DNA from: Candidatus Bathyarchaeia archaeon | Lineage (GTDB): Archaea > Thermoproteota > Bathyarchaeia > Bathyarchaeales > Bathycorpusculaceae | Direction: 5' to 3' | DNA: 64,000 nt | Assembly: GCA_037481775.1 (NCBI GenBank) | Contig: JBBFKZ010000005.1 | Location: 26,871 to 90,870 of the forward strand | Shown: piece after piece, positions 18,667 to 29,047 of the stretch | Layout of the letters: every line of letters begins with the position of its first letter | Position numbering within the stretch: the first letter of the stretch is position 1 | Program-made: the position numbers and the translations under genes | Notes under the pieces: generated by a model | Database searches by the model: none | The model's input: the letters and a program-made list of their open reading frames with translations, nothing else | Told to the model about the DNA's origin: nothing

Positions 18667-19785
18667 ATGAAAAAAATACTTACAATAACCTTCCTAAACT
18701 TCTTCATAGCCGGAGGACTAACCCTCACCATCCCACTACTGCTACTGGAAAGAAACGTCAACCTAGTAGAAATCGGACTCGTAATCTCCACACTACCCAT
18801 AGTCTTCCTAATAGCTCGCCTATTTATGGCAGCAATCGCCGACCTACAAGGATGGAACCGCATCTACCTGCTATTAAACTGGCCAGCCAGCCTCCTATCC
18901 ACCCTCATATACTTCATTGCCAACTCCACACCCATGTTTCTCATAGGAAAAATCGCGGAGGCAAGCAAAGAATCCGCCTATTGGGCAGTAAACCGCACCG
19001 CCATCTTCTCATTAGCCCCAAACCGGGAAGAAAAAGAAGCAACAAAAAACACAGCCATAATATTCCTCGCAACAGCCATAGGCAGCGCCATCGCAGGATT
19101 AGGCATCTACACTTTCGGCTTTTCAATTACTCTCGGCATTTTCATTGCGGCATCAGCAGCTATTGGAATCCCCGCTGCTGCCCTATGGAAAACTGGACAA
19201 AATTTCAAGCCTAACAACGCTCAAACAAGAAAACTATTCGAGTTAAGAAACTACGGAAGAAAATTCTGGCTCGTTTCAATAACATTACTATTTTTCAGCT
19301 TAGCTTATTACCCACTGCTAAATTTGCTTTTGCCCGTCTTCATGGCACAGCAATTAAGCTACAATTACCTCACAATAGGCTTAGCTTACATGCTATTCAA
19401 CATAATAGCTGGAATAACCATTTTTGGAACCTTAAAGTTTCCGCTAGGGACAAAAAGAGCCCTCTTACAAAGCAGTATCGCCCTTGTCGCTTCAGTACTT
19501 TTGGCTTACTCAAATCTTTACTTCCCTGCCTTCTTAGCATTAGCCGCCGCCGAAGGGCTCGGAATGGGCTTCTTTGAAGCAATTATCGCCAAAGCAACCA
19601 AAAATAAATCCAGCGTCTCTATCAACATAGGCTTGCTCCATGTGCCCATGCGATTTGCCGAGTTCATTTCCATATTATACACAGGAATCGCTGCGCAGAC
19701 CGTTGGGTATGTCCCCTTGTTCGTTCTTTCAGGATTTTTCTTCCTGATTTTCTCTGCTCTTGCAGCGCACTTAATTAAAAATTGA
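18667..19785 (+). CDS. MFS transporter
   Basis: About 12 hydrophobic segments in two halves; MFS motif A-like A.IADLQG. Confidence 0.85.
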   Translation: MKKILTITFLNFFIAGGLTLTIPLLLLERNVNLVEIGLVISTLPIVFLIARLFMAAIADLQGWNRIYLLLNWPASLLSTLIYFIANSTPMFLIGKIAEASKESAYWAVNRTAIFSLAPNREEKEATKNTAIIFLATAIGSAIAGLGIYTFGFSITLGIFIAASAAIGIPAAALWKTGQNFKPNNAQTRKLFELRNYGRKFWLVSITLLFFSLAYYPLLNLLLPVFMAQQLSYNYLTIGLAYMLFNIIAGITIFGTLKFPLGTKRALLQSSIALVASVLLAYSNLYFPAFLALAAAEGLGMGFFEAIIAKATKNKSSVSINIGLLHVPMRFAEFISILYTGIAAQTVGYVPLFVLSGFFFLIFSALAAHLIKN

Positions 19786-19821
19786 CAAAAATGCATACAG
19801 TCACAAATTGCATTTGCAAAA

Positions 19822-20817
19822 TTACCTGCTAACTTTGTTGCACGCTACTAAGTGACCGTTGCCTACGTCGGCAAGCTCCGGAACATTCTCCATGCATCCA
19901 TACTCTTTCGCGTAAATGCATCGTGGGTGAAATCGGCATCCAGCAGGAGGATTTATTGGGCTTGGGACTTCGCCAGGCAACACTATTCGCGACCTTTTGT
20001 TTTCAGGGTCTGGAACAGGGATTGCTGATAACAGCGCTTGAGTGTACGGATGCAGCGGCGAATTGAACAATTCGCTTGTTTCAGCTATTTCCACGAACTT
20101 TCCAAGGTACATGACTGCAACTTTATGGCAAATATGCTTGACCGTGCTGAGGTCATGTGAAATATAGAGGTAAGCTATTCCGAATTTCTGTTGCAACTCC
20201 TGTAGCAAATTCAAAATTTGAGCTCTTACGGACACGTCAAGAGATGCTACTGGTTCATCTGCAATCAGCAATCGAGGCTCTACTGCCAAAGCGCGAGCAA
20301 TGCAAATTCTTTGCCGCTGACCGCCGCTGAATTCATGAGGATACCGCTCCGCATGGTAATCTTCCAAGCCCACCAGCTCTAAAAGCTCGTAAAGTCTATC
20401 ACTCCACTTTTCCTTAGGCACATGCTTATGAATAACAAAGGGCTCCATGATTATGTCTGCCACTGTCATTCTCGGGTCAAGCGACGCGTAAGGATTCTGA
20501 AAGACATACTGCATTTTGCGTCTTAACTTCAAAATTTCCTGTTGGTTCTTCGACTTGAAAACCTTGCTGATTTCTTGTCCTTCAAAGTAAATTTCGCCTG
20601 AAGTTGGCGGATCCAAATACAATATAGCCCTAGCAGTGGATGTTTTCCCGCAGCCGCTTTCGCCAACTAAACCAAACGTCTCTCCTTTCCGAACTGAAAA
20701 GCTCACGCCGTCAACTGCGTGTACGACGCCAACATCCTTTTTCAAGAAGACACCCCTGCTTGTTAGGGGGTAATGCTTAACGAGGTTCTTGACTTCCAAA
20801 ATCATTTCTGCACTCAC
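19822..20817 (-). CDS. Oligopeptide/dipeptide ABC transporter ATP-binding protein (OppF/DppF)
   Basis: GESGCGKT, FSGGQRQR, ADEP, HPYT, GCRFHPRC; start codon uncertain. Confidence 0.95.
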   Translation of the reverse strand: MSAEMILEVKNLVKHYPLTSRGVFLKKDVGVVHAVDGVSFSVRKGETFGLVGESGCGKTSTARAILYLDPPTSGEIYFEGQEISKVFKSKNQQEILKLRRKMQYVFQNPYASLDPRMTVADIIMEPFVIHKHVPKEKWSDRLYELLELVGLEDYHAERYPHEFSGGQRQRICIARALAVEPRLLIADEPVASLDVSVRAQILNLLQELQQKFGIAYLYISHDLSTVKHICHKVAVMYLGKFVEIAETSELFNSPLHPYTQALLSAIPVPDPENKRSRIVLPGEVPSPINPPAGCRFHPRCIYAKEYGCMENVPELADVGNGHLVACNKVSR

Positions 20818-20822
20818 AGCTT

Positions 20823-21815
20823 TCACTTCCCCGAGTTTTTCATGAATTCTTTGGCGCGGATGCATGCCACGTAATGCTCTGGCTCAATCTCAACTAAAGG
20901 CGGAACTGCAGAAGCGCATTCAGCAACTGCGAAGTCGCATCTGGGGTGGAAACGGCAGCCTGATGGCGGCGAAATCAGGTTTGGAATAGCGCCTGGTATA
21001 ATCTTCAGTTTTTCTCTTTTCATGGCTACGTTCGGAACCGCCTCTAAAAGCGCGCGAGTGTATGGATGCAGTGGATTGCGAAAGATAGTTCTTGTGCTGG
21101 CGACTTCGCAGACTCTTCCCGCGTACATAACGTTTATTCTGTCAGCCACTCCGGCGACGACGCCCATGTCATGCGTGATCAGAATTATGGACATTCCCAG
21201 CTTTTTCTTCAGATTTTTCATTAACTCAAGGATCTGCGCTTGGATTGTGACATCCAAATTTGTGGTGGGCTCATCTGCCAAAAGCAGGCTAGGCTGACAG
21301 GATAATGCTCTGGCGATGGCGATGCGCTGCTTCATGCCGCCGCTCAGCTGATGCGGATAGTTCCAAATCTTTATCTCTGGGTCAGCTATTTCGACGAGTC
21401 TGAAGAGTTCTGTGGCTTTCTTCAAAGCTTCTTCTTTGGTGACATCTTGGTGTCGCCTTATGACCTCTGTCAGCTGGTCGGCAATGGTGAAAACGGGATT
21501 AAGCGAAGTTGCAGGATCCTGTGAGATATACGCGATTTCTTTTCCTCTGATCTGCTGCATCTCATTTTCAGTTTTCTCCAGCAGATTTTCGCCTTTGTAG
21601 ATTATTTTTCCGCCGATTATTTTGCCTGGTCTAGGCACTATTCTGAGGATGGATAGAGCGGTTACGGATTTTCCGGAGCCTGATTCGCCTACCAGCCCAA
21701 GGGTTTCGCCTTCTTTGACGTCTAAGCTTACGCCGTCAACTGCTTTGACTACTCCCGCCCAAGTGTAAAAGTAAGTTGTCAAATTTTCAATTTTCAGTAT
21801 TTCTTTTGGCGCCAT
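20823..21815 (-). CDS. Oligopeptide/dipeptide ABC transporter ATP-binding protein (OppD/DppD)
   Basis: GESGSGKS, LSGGMKQR, ADEPTT.LDVTIQAQIL. Confidence 0.95.
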   Translation of the reverse strand: MAPKEILKIENLTTYFYTWAGVVKAVDGVSLDVKEGETLGLVGESGSGKSVTALSILRIVPRPGKIIGGKIIYKGENLLEKTENEMQQIRGKEIAYISQDPATSLNPVFTIADQLTEVIRRHQDVTKEEALKKATELFRLVEIADPEIKIWNYPHQLSGGMKQRIAIARALSCQPSLLLADEPTTNLDVTIQAQILELMKNLKKKLGMSIILITHDMGVVAGVADRINVMYAGRVCEVASTRTIFRNPLHPYTRALLEAVPNVAMKREKLKIIPGAIPNLISPPSGCRFHPRCDFAVAECASAVPPLVEIEPEHYVACIRAKEFMKNSGK

Positions 21816-21836
21816 TTGTTCTTTTGTCCTCCATAA

Positions 21837-22766
21837 TTATTCTCTAAGACGTGGGTCCAGTGCATCGCGTAAGCCATTCCCAAGCAGGTTGAAGCCGAGG
21901 ACCAGTAGTGTGATGAATAACCCTGGAAAGATTCCTTCCCACCATGCTTCTTTTACCGCTTCGCTTGCAAGCTGGAGTTGCTGACCCCAAGTAATGCTGT
22001 TCGGATCGCCGAATCCGAGGAAACTGACCCCTGCCTCAACTAAAATAGCCGTGGCTATCTGCAGCGTCGTTAAGACGATTATGACGTGTAAAACGTTAGG
22101 AAGCACATGTCGAAACATTATTCGCCATTTGCTGGCGCCCAGCGCTACCGCCGCTTCAATATACTCATTCTGCTTCACTCGAAGCACTTCCCCTCGGATG
22201 ATACGCGCATTTGAAGCCCAAGAAAACAACCCAATCATTAGGGTTACGGTGGTGAGGCCGCCGACGCCGGAGGGCGCAATAGTCATGGCTACTCTTAAGA
22301 AAACCAGCAGAATCAGAAGGAACGGTATGACAAGGAAGATTTCTGTTATCCGCATTAAAATGTTATCCACGAGTCCGCCGAGGTATCCTGAGGTGATGCC
22401 TATTACAATTGCAAGCGACATAGCGATTGCTGCAGCGCCGAATCCTACGTACAAGACGTTGCCTGCGCCGTAAACAATTTGGCTGAATACGTCACGGCCA
22501 ATGTAATCTGTGCCAAACCAGTATTTCGCAGACGGCGGCATCCTGATTTTGCCTTCTTCCTTGAAGCTTGCAAGGTAATTCAGCGGGTAACGCGCAATTA
22601 TCGGACTGAAAACTGCAATGAATATTATAGCGCCGACTATGACGAGGCCTACTAGGGCTGCCTTATTTTTCTTAAATCGGCGCCATGCAATGCTCCATTG
22701 GCTTACCCCATCAGTTTTTCTTTTTTCAGGTGCTTCCATCAGTTTTTCTTTCATTACGTCTGCCAT
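21837..22766 (-). CDS. Peptide ABC transporter permease (OppC/DppC)
   Basis: FGTD..GRD, EYIEAA.ALGAS..RI..RHVLPN, GLRDALDPR. Confidence 0.95.
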   Translation of the reverse strand: MADVMKEKLMEAPEKRKTDGVSQWSIAWRRFKKNKAALVGLVIVGAIIFIAVFSPIIARYPLNYLASFKEEGKIRMPPSAKYWFGTDYIGRDVFSQIVYGAGNVLYVGFGAAAIAMSLAIVIGITSGYLGGLVDNILMRITEIFLVIPFLLILLVFLRVAMTIAPSGVGGLTTVTLMIGLFSWASNARIIRGEVLRVKQNEYIEAAVALGASKWRIMFRHVLPNVLHVIIVLTTLQIATAILVEAGVSFLGFGDPNSITWGQQLQLASEAVKEAWWEGIFPGLFITLLVLGFNLLGNGLRDALDPRLRE

Positions 22767-22790
22767 TCCTTTTTCCTCCTGCTTTCATTG

Positions 22791-23831
22791 TTACTCGATT
22801 CTAATTCTGGGGTCGATGTAAGCGTAAGCTATGTCCGTTATTAAATTGGCAATCAAAACCATCAAGGTTACAAACACCGTTATTCCCGTTATAACGGGGA
22901 AATCAAGTTTTCCGATGGCTTCAACGTATAATCGGCCGACACCAGGCCAATTAAACACTTTTTCAGTAATAGGTGCTCCCGCAAGCATGCCGCCGAAATA
23001 AAGTCCCACGTAGGTTACAACTGGGATCAACGCGTTGCGCAGTGCATGTTTGTATATTACTGTTCGCTCGCTTAAGCCGCTGGCTCTTGCTGCAAGAATA
23101 TAATCTTGTCTTAAAACTTCAAGCATGCTTGACCGGACTAGAAGCACTACGGGCGCCAACTCTGCGAAAGTTAAGACCGCCGCCGGCAGGAACAAGTGCC
23201 AAAGCTCATCTAGCAAATAGCTGCCAAACGGGTAACGTGAGGGATCTAGCGAGTGCGCCGCGCCATAGGGGAGCCAGCCTAGAGTGTAAGAGAAGATTAG
23301 TATGGCAACTATGCCCATGTAGAAAATTGGTATGCATGTTCCGACCAGCGATGTAGTTGTAACTGTCATGTCCAATTTTGAATACTGCTTACGTGCTGAG
23401 AGTATTCCAATTGGAATGGCGATTAGAAGTGAAAAGAAAAGTGCTGCAAGTTGAAGTTTGAAGGTTTCCCACGCGTAATCACCTACTAGCGTCGTTACTG
23501 ATGTGCCGCCTCTTATCGCGTAGGAATTTCCAAGGTTTCCCTGCAGCATCTCCCATACGAACTTTAAGAATTGATAATATAGTGGCTGATCAAGTCCATA
23601 GTACTGTGTTAGGCGTTCTCTGGCTTCGGCTGTTATCCGCGGGTTAAGCCCAGTCATCAGCTTAACTGGGTCGCCTGCCATTCGCGTAGCGACAAACACT
23701 ATAATGAGAATTCCGAAAAAGATGGGTATCAAATATAAAAGTCGCCGGAGAACATATTTCGTCATGGAGCTTTTGGCGATATTCTGAATTCTGGAGCGAA
23801 AGGCGTGAGAACCCTTTGTTTTGGCAGGCAA
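22791..23831 (-). CDS. Peptide ABC transporter permease (OppB/DppB)
   Basis: GLDQPL..Q, RSSMLEVL.QDYI..ARA.GL, HALRNA.IP, YAYIDPRI. Confidence 0.95.
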   Translation of the reverse strand: MPAKTKGSHAFRSRIQNIAKSSMTKYVLRRLLYLIPIFFGILIIVFVATRMAGDPVKLMTGLNPRITAEARERLTQYYGLDQPLYYQFLKFVWEMLQGNLGNSYAIRGGTSVTTLVGDYAWETFKLQLAALFFSLLIAIPIGILSARKQYSKLDMTVTTTSLVGTCIPIFYMGIVAILIFSYTLGWLPYGAAHSLDPSRYPFGSYLLDELWHLFLPAAVLTFAELAPVVLLVRSSMLEVLRQDYILAARASGLSERTVIYKHALRNALIPVVTYVGLYFGGMLAGAPITEKVFNWPGVGRLYVEAIGKLDFPVITGITVFVTLMVLIANLITDIAYAYIDPRIRIE

Positions 23832-24013
23832 TCTTCTCCCCCTCCGATGTGTTACTCGTAACTTATAAAAGTTTTTTGAAAAATTCCGTGTTCTTTGCTT
23901 CTTAGAATCAATTGAATTACAAATTAAATTCGCAGTTATTAATTGGTAAATTTATGGCAAATGTTATAAAGCGAAACGAAATATAAAAGATTTCTCGGAG
24001 GAGGTTAGGAGAG

Positions 24014-25882
24014 TTGCTCTCTAAAACAAAAACACTGGCATTATGCTCGCTGCTGCTACTAAGTTTGCTTGCATTGCCCTGCATTACATTCGTTCAGAGC
24101 CAAGGTCAACCTTACTTCAAAATAACTTTGATAGTTCCAGGTGCAAATCCTGCACGGAAACAATGGGCACAAATAATAGAAAATAGCTTAGATGCCGTCG
24201 GAATCGACGCGGTTAGGGTTGAGCTAGACTGGGGAACCGTTTACGACAGAGCCCTTACACCCCCCGCGGATATGGTAGGCAAAACCTACGATGAGGGTGG
24301 ATTTGACGCGCTGTTTATTGGCTACGCAATGGGCATCGACCCCGACCCATTCGGACTTTATGACAGTAGCCAGTTCCCGCCATCAGGACAAAACTACTAC
24401 CTCTGGAATAACTCTGAAAATGATCGGCTATGCAGGCTAATTAAGGAGACGGTTGACGAAAACAAGCGGCTAGAATATGTAAAGCAATGGCAAAAACTGG
24501 CATATGACGAAGTACCATCGGCCACAATACTCTACACAAGAGAAGTTGTGGGATTTGATCCTACAGCACTGCAAAAAGAGCCCTTCTTGGCATATCACTA
24601 TCCAGCATGGCCCAGAGTAAAGAACTGGAAATTAGCCGCAGGTAGCACTCAGACCACAATAGTTGTTGCGCAGACAGGCCCTGCGCCTGAGGAAGGCTTG
24701 AACCCGCTGCTAACTACTTCATACTATGACTTAACCGTCTATGACAACATTTTTGACAGCCTAGCAGAAAGATGGGACCTAATCGACATGGAAATGGTTC
24801 CAGCGCTTGCGACAAGCTGGGAAGTGGCCTCTGACCAAAAAACATGGACTGTCCATCTTAGACAGGGCGTGAAATGGCATGATGGCGTTGAATTTACTGC
24901 CGACGACGTTAAATTCACTTTTGAGTCTGCCATGGATCCAGAAATTGCCTCGCCTACAGGTGCTTTCATACAAGAAATCATAGGCAGCGCCGATAATATT
25001 GAAGTCGTTGATCCCTACACAGTTGTGTTCAGGCTTCCAAAGCCGTATGCGTATTTCGTTGAAAGTATTCTGGCGTCAGCCATAATTCCAAAGCATGTGC
25101 TCGAAAACGTCCCGCCGTCAGAATGGGCTTCGCATCCCTTCAACACTGCAGCAGGCAGCTATACCGTCGGCTCTTACACGGCATATGGGCCAATAGGAAC
25201 TGGACCATACGTTTATGCAGCATATGACCCAACAACCACCGCTAACATAATGACGAAAAACCCGAACTACTGGAACAAAGCCGCACTAGAAGCAGCTGGA
25301 ACATTCCAAATCGAAACGCTCTATGTACAATGCATAGAATCTTCAGACGCAGCAATCTCAGCGCTCAAGTCTGGCGAGGTTGACGTATTAGACTCTCAAT
25401 ATCACTTGGAAACGAAACTTGCAAGCATTGAGAAGCCATGGGGTGACTATGCTGAGTACGACGCTTTCGGCGTTCAAGAACTTGGCTTTAACATGCAGCA
25501 TCCAGTTTTCGGAACAGGCGTTGACACGCCGCTAGGCAAAAAGGACCCGTCACGTGCTGCTGAGGCTGCCCGTTATGTTAGACAAGCAATTAGCCACTTA
25601 ATACCAAGAGAAGACATAATCAACACTATACTAAATGGCTATGGAACACCGGGTGTAACCACGCCCATTACGACCCTGACTGCTGGATTTGACACGTCGC
25701 TAAAACCCTACGAATATAACGTTGAATTGGCCAAATCGCTATTGGCTGCAGCTGGCTACGAAACAGGCGTTCCGCCGCCCGCTGGCGATTTCCTGCAGCA
25801 GTACGGCCTGTACATAGCAGTAGTCGTAGTAGTGGTAGTAATCGTTGTGGTCGCCGTCTTGGCGCTTAGAAAGAAACGGTAG
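24014..25882 (+). CDS. Peptide ABC transporter substrate-binding protein (family 5) with a C-terminal membrane anchor
   Basis: PALATSWEV...W...LR.GVKWHDG..FTADDVKFT, PIGTGPY; signal peptide; C-terminal TM plus basic tail. Confidence 0.93.
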   Translation: MLSKTKTLALCSLLLLSLLALPCITFVQSQGQPYFKITLIVPGANPARKQWAQIIENSLDAVGIDAVRVELDWGTVYDRALTPPADMVGKTYDEGGFDALFIGYAMGIDPDPFGLYDSSQFPPSGQNYYLWNNSENDRLCRLIKETVDENKRLEYVKQWQKLAYDEVPSATILYTREVVGFDPTALQKEPFLAYHYPAWPRVKNWKLAAGSTQTTIVVAQTGPAPEEGLNPLLTTSYYDLTVYDNIFDSLAERWDLIDMEMVPALATSWEVASDQKTWTVHLRQGVKWHDGVEFTADDVKFTFESAMDPEIASPTGAFIQEIIGSADNIEVVDPYTVVFRLPKPYAYFVESILASAIIPKHVLENVPPSEWASHPFNTAAGSYTVGSYTAYGPIGTGPYVYAAYDPTTTANIMTKNPNYWNKAALEAAGTFQIETLYVQCIESSDAAISALKSGEVDVLDSQYHLETKLASIEKPWGDYAEYDAFGVQELGFNMQHPVFGTGVDTPLGKKDPSRAAEAARYVRQAISHLIPREDIINTILNGYGTPGVTTPITTLTAGFDTSLKPYEYNVELAKSLLAAAGYETGVPPPAGDFLQQYGLYIAVVVVVVVIVVVAVLALRKKR

Positions 25883-25983
25883 CAAGCAAAAATCACCTTT
25901 CCCCCTTTTACTTTTTTTGATATTTCCTGCCAACACGAGACAATAGTTGTTAAAGCTAAACAGCGTTTCCAAGCGCTGATGTT

Positions 25984-26328
25984 TTATAACGCAGATATAA
26001 CAAAGGCGGCAAGCACTAAAATTATCCCAGTTGCAATCCATGTTCGCGCTTGTTTCTCTGCTTCTTTTTGACGCTGGGCTGTCCATGGTTTGGAATGAAA
26101 CAAAATTTCGCTTATCTTGGAGCCTAAGGGCGAATAAAACGCAATGGCACCACCTACTGTGAGACCTATTCCACCCTCTAATAGCATGAGGAGCGCGAGT
26201 GCTGCGATTATTTGGTTTATGCCACCCTGAACAGCGAAAATAAGCACAATATCTATTAAAATTACGATTAAGGAATAAATCAAGCTTCGAGCGAGTAGCT
26301 CTAACATCACTATCTTGGTAACCATCAC
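25984..26328 (-). CDS. Hypothetical membrane protein
   Basis: Three hydrophobic segments. Confidence 0.7.
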   Translation of the reverse strand: MMVTKIVMLELLARSLIYSLIVILIDIVLIFAVQGGINQIIAALALLMLLEGGIGLTVGGAIAFYSPLGSKISEILFHSKPWTAQRQKEAEKQARTWIATGIILVLAAFVISAL

Positions 26329-26463
26329 GTTCCGTCTTCACACATTCAATAAGGCTAATCCCGCCGCTTCATAGAAAAAGTAGTCGTCAACGAAAAAAGC
26401 TTTTTCCCAGCAAGCATTTACTGTTCAGAAGCTTAATATCCAGATAAAAACTATTCAAGAATC

Positions 26464-26670
26464 ATGCGAGAAACAAGAAAGAGATCTATAGCTAAGTCAA
26501 TTGTGTGGCGTGTAATCTGCATAGTAGTAAGCATACTTACCTCGTTTCTTCTAACAAGCAGATGGGATGTTTCAGTTGCCATAGGCGGCATATACAATGC
26601 TATAACGATGATTCTGTATTACTTTCACGAAAGAATCTGGAACCTGATAAAATGGGGCATAACTGAATAG
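26464..26670 (+). CDS. DUF2061 family small membrane protein
   Basis: ETRKRSIAKS..WR...LYYFHERIW..IKWG. Confidence 0.85.
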   Translation: MRETRKRSIAKSIVWRVICIVVSILTSFLLTSRWDVSVAIGGIYNAITMILYYFHERIWNLIKWGITE

Positions 26671-26795
26671 GCCTCCTGCTGCATAGGCGCTTTTAGTTGC
26701 TTTTGAAAAGGCAAATTTCTAAAGTTTGTTAGCATATTTTCTATATTAGCTATGAAAAACTAATTATGGCGGCAACCACAAACGTTTGAGCCGCC

Positions 26796-28028
26796 ATGCC
26801 CCTCGGAGAAATATTCAGCAATTATTCTGGTATGCCAAAAGAGGCCAAATATCTTATTTACGCCTCTATCGTGCCAGCAGTCGCCTACGGGTTAATATTC
26901 ACTGACATATCCTATTTTCTCACCGTAATCCAGGGGCTTCCCGCGGACTTCGCGGGTCTTGTGATTTCCACAATGGGCATCTCAACCTTTGTTGCCAGCA
27001 TTTTCCTCGGGATGGCCGCGGATGTCTATGGTAGAAAGAAAATGCTTATTGCAGGTAACTTGCTTGCAAGCGTAATCGTTGCAGTGTTAGCTTTGACTAC
27101 AGACCCTGCCCTGCTAATAGTCGCGGCCATCTTGGAAGGTGTCTCCGAAGCAGCGGTTACCGCGTCAAGCAGCGCGTTGCTCGCGGATAAAGTGGAGAAT
27201 GAAAAGCGAACCAGCCTTTTCTCGTTGTATGGTTTTGTCCAAAACCTCGCTTTTGCCCTAGGCAGCTTTGCGGTGCCGTTCGTGATATTTTTTGAGCTTT
27301 TCGGCTTTACAGATAAGGACAGCCACATACTGCTCTATACACTAATAGCTATTTTGGGCGTGCTTTCCACGCTTATCATGCTTAAAGTAAGTGAATCGAA
27401 AAAACTAAAGAAACCCAAAGCAGGCGAAGCAAGTTTCCTTCCAAGAAAATCCATGAGCGTTTTGCTAAAATACGTTTTAACCGGCGCCATACTCGCTTTC
27501 GGTGCTGGCATGGTAGTTCCGCTTATGACGCTTTGGTTTAACCTGCAATATGGCATTTCAGATAAAATCAGCGCAACCATCTTGGCAGTAGCAAGCGTAC
27601 TGATCGGTTTCGCCACACTTGTGTCGCCGTTAATTGCCAAAAAATTTGGGCTCGTAAAAGCCATAGTAATAACGCAGCTGGCATCGACCCTTTTCATGCT
27701 TCTGGTTCCCTTTTCACCTAACTACGCGTTAGCCGGATTCGTCTACGGAATAAGAGCACTTCTTATGAATATGGCTAGCCCACTATCGCAGTCTCTGATA
27801 ATGGGTCTAGTCGCAGAGGATGAGCGCGGCGCAGTTTCCGGAATAAGCGGCGCATTATGGCGGCTGCCAAACGCCTTAAGCACCTTCATCGGCGCATGGC
27901 TAATGGGCATAGGACTATTAGCAGAGCCCTTCTTAATTGCCAGCCTATTATACGCGCTTTCCATAGTGCTGTTTTGGCATTACTTCAGGAATGTAAAGTT
28001 GCCTGAGGAAAAAGCTCCGCCACAGTAG
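26796..28028 (+). CDS. MFS transporter
   Basis: Motif A GMAADVYGRKK; about 12 TM helices. Confidence 0.92.
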   Translation: MPLGEIFSNYSGMPKEAKYLIYASIVPAVAYGLIFTDISYFLTVIQGLPADFAGLVISTMGISTFVASIFLGMAADVYGRKKMLIAGNLLASVIVAVLALTTDPALLIVAAILEGVSEAAVTASSSALLADKVENEKRTSLFSLYGFVQNLAFALGSFAVPFVIFFELFGFTDKDSHILLYTLIAILGVLSTLIMLKVSESKKLKKPKAGEASFLPRKSMSVLLKYVLTGAILAFGAGMVVPLMTLWFNLQYGISDKISATILAVASVLIGFATLVSPLIAKKFGLVKAIVITQLASTLFMLLVPFSPNYALAGFVYGIRALLMNMASPLSQSLIMGLVAEDERGAVSGISGALWRLPNALSTFIGAWLMGIGLLAEPFLIASLLYALSIVLFWHYFRNVKLPEEKAPPQ

Positions 28029-28135
28029 AAGCCTGCTCGAAGGAAAGCTTTGGCAGGCATTATTTGCGGCAAAAGCCTTAAAGCGCGCTTAGCTCTGAGT
28101 TGAGGAACAAAGGTAATCGTCTATTGCAAATTCAC

Positions 28136-28996
28136 ATGTCGGCTGGCATCAAGAAAAAAGCGGTGCTGTTTACAGTTCTAGCGGGTTTTCTATGGGGCAC
28201 TTCGTTTCCCGCTATAAAAATTGGTTTACAGTACATGGACGCCTACACATTCGTCTTCCTAAGATTTCTCGTTGCTTCGCTGATCATGCTTGCAGTGATG
28301 CTGCTAACAAGGAACTTCCGTTTCAACAAGAAACGCTTGATTCTCTCCTTAGGCATAGTCAACGGCGTCGCTTATCTGCTCCAGTATCTGGGCATGGTTC
28401 ACACTTCCGCCGCGGCGGCGTCGCTATACGTTAACCTCACCGTGATCTGGGTTGCCCTATTAAGCCCGCTGGCGCTAAAGGAGCGCTTAGGCGGCAAAAA
28501 AGCGGCAAGCGTGCTTGTAAGCCTCATAGGCGTAGTGCTGATGACAACAAACTTGGATTTTGCCTCGATAGGCACAGCGGCCACGATAGGAGGCTTCCTC
28601 GTCATCGGCGCGGGATTTCTCTGGGCCATATTCATAATCTACAACAAATCGCTGGTCAACGAGAGCAGCAATTTAATTCAGTCTATGACTTGGCTGCTGG
28701 TCTTCACGATGCTGCCACTGCTTCCCCCTGCTGCTGTTTCAATAGCAAGCCTTGCTTCTTTACCCGCGGCTGCGTGGCTTGCCATAGTGTACACTGCGGT
28801 TTTCTGCTGGGTGATTCCCTACTACCTCTGGCTGAAGGGGCTGCGGCATATTTCGCCTGTAACTTCCACCGTGGTTCTTTTAACCGAAATAATAGTTGCC
28901 ACGGCAATTTCCATGCTCTTTCTCGGAGAAGCCTTCACCTTTGTCTCCGGCATTGGCGCCCTCCTCATAATAATCGCCATTTTGCTTGCCTCGTAA
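28136..28996 (+). CDS. DMT/EamA family transporter
   Basis: LWGTSFPAIK, LRF..A, two EamA repeats. Confidence 0.92.
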   Translation: MSAGIKKKAVLFTVLAGFLWGTSFPAIKIGLQYMDAYTFVFLRFLVASLIMLAVMLLTRNFRFNKKRLILSLGIVNGVAYLLQYLGMVHTSAAAASLYVNLTVIWVALLSPLALKERLGGKKAASVLVSLIGVVLMTTNLDFASIGTAATIGGFLVIGAGFLWAIFIIYNKSLVNESSNLIQSMTWLLVFTMLPLLPPAAVSIASLASLPAAAWLAIVYTAVFCWVIPYYLWLKGLRHISPVTSTVVLLTEIIVATAISMLFLGEAFTFVSGIGALLIIIAILLAS

Positions 28997-29047
28997 GCAG
29001 GCAACATGCATTAAGGCTAATTAACTTATAGCCACTAAAAATAGTGT

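Noticed and set aside
18390-19214. 274-aa + strand ORF
   Set aside because: Off-frame overlap with the MFS gene; open only because the AC-rich sequence lacks stop codons
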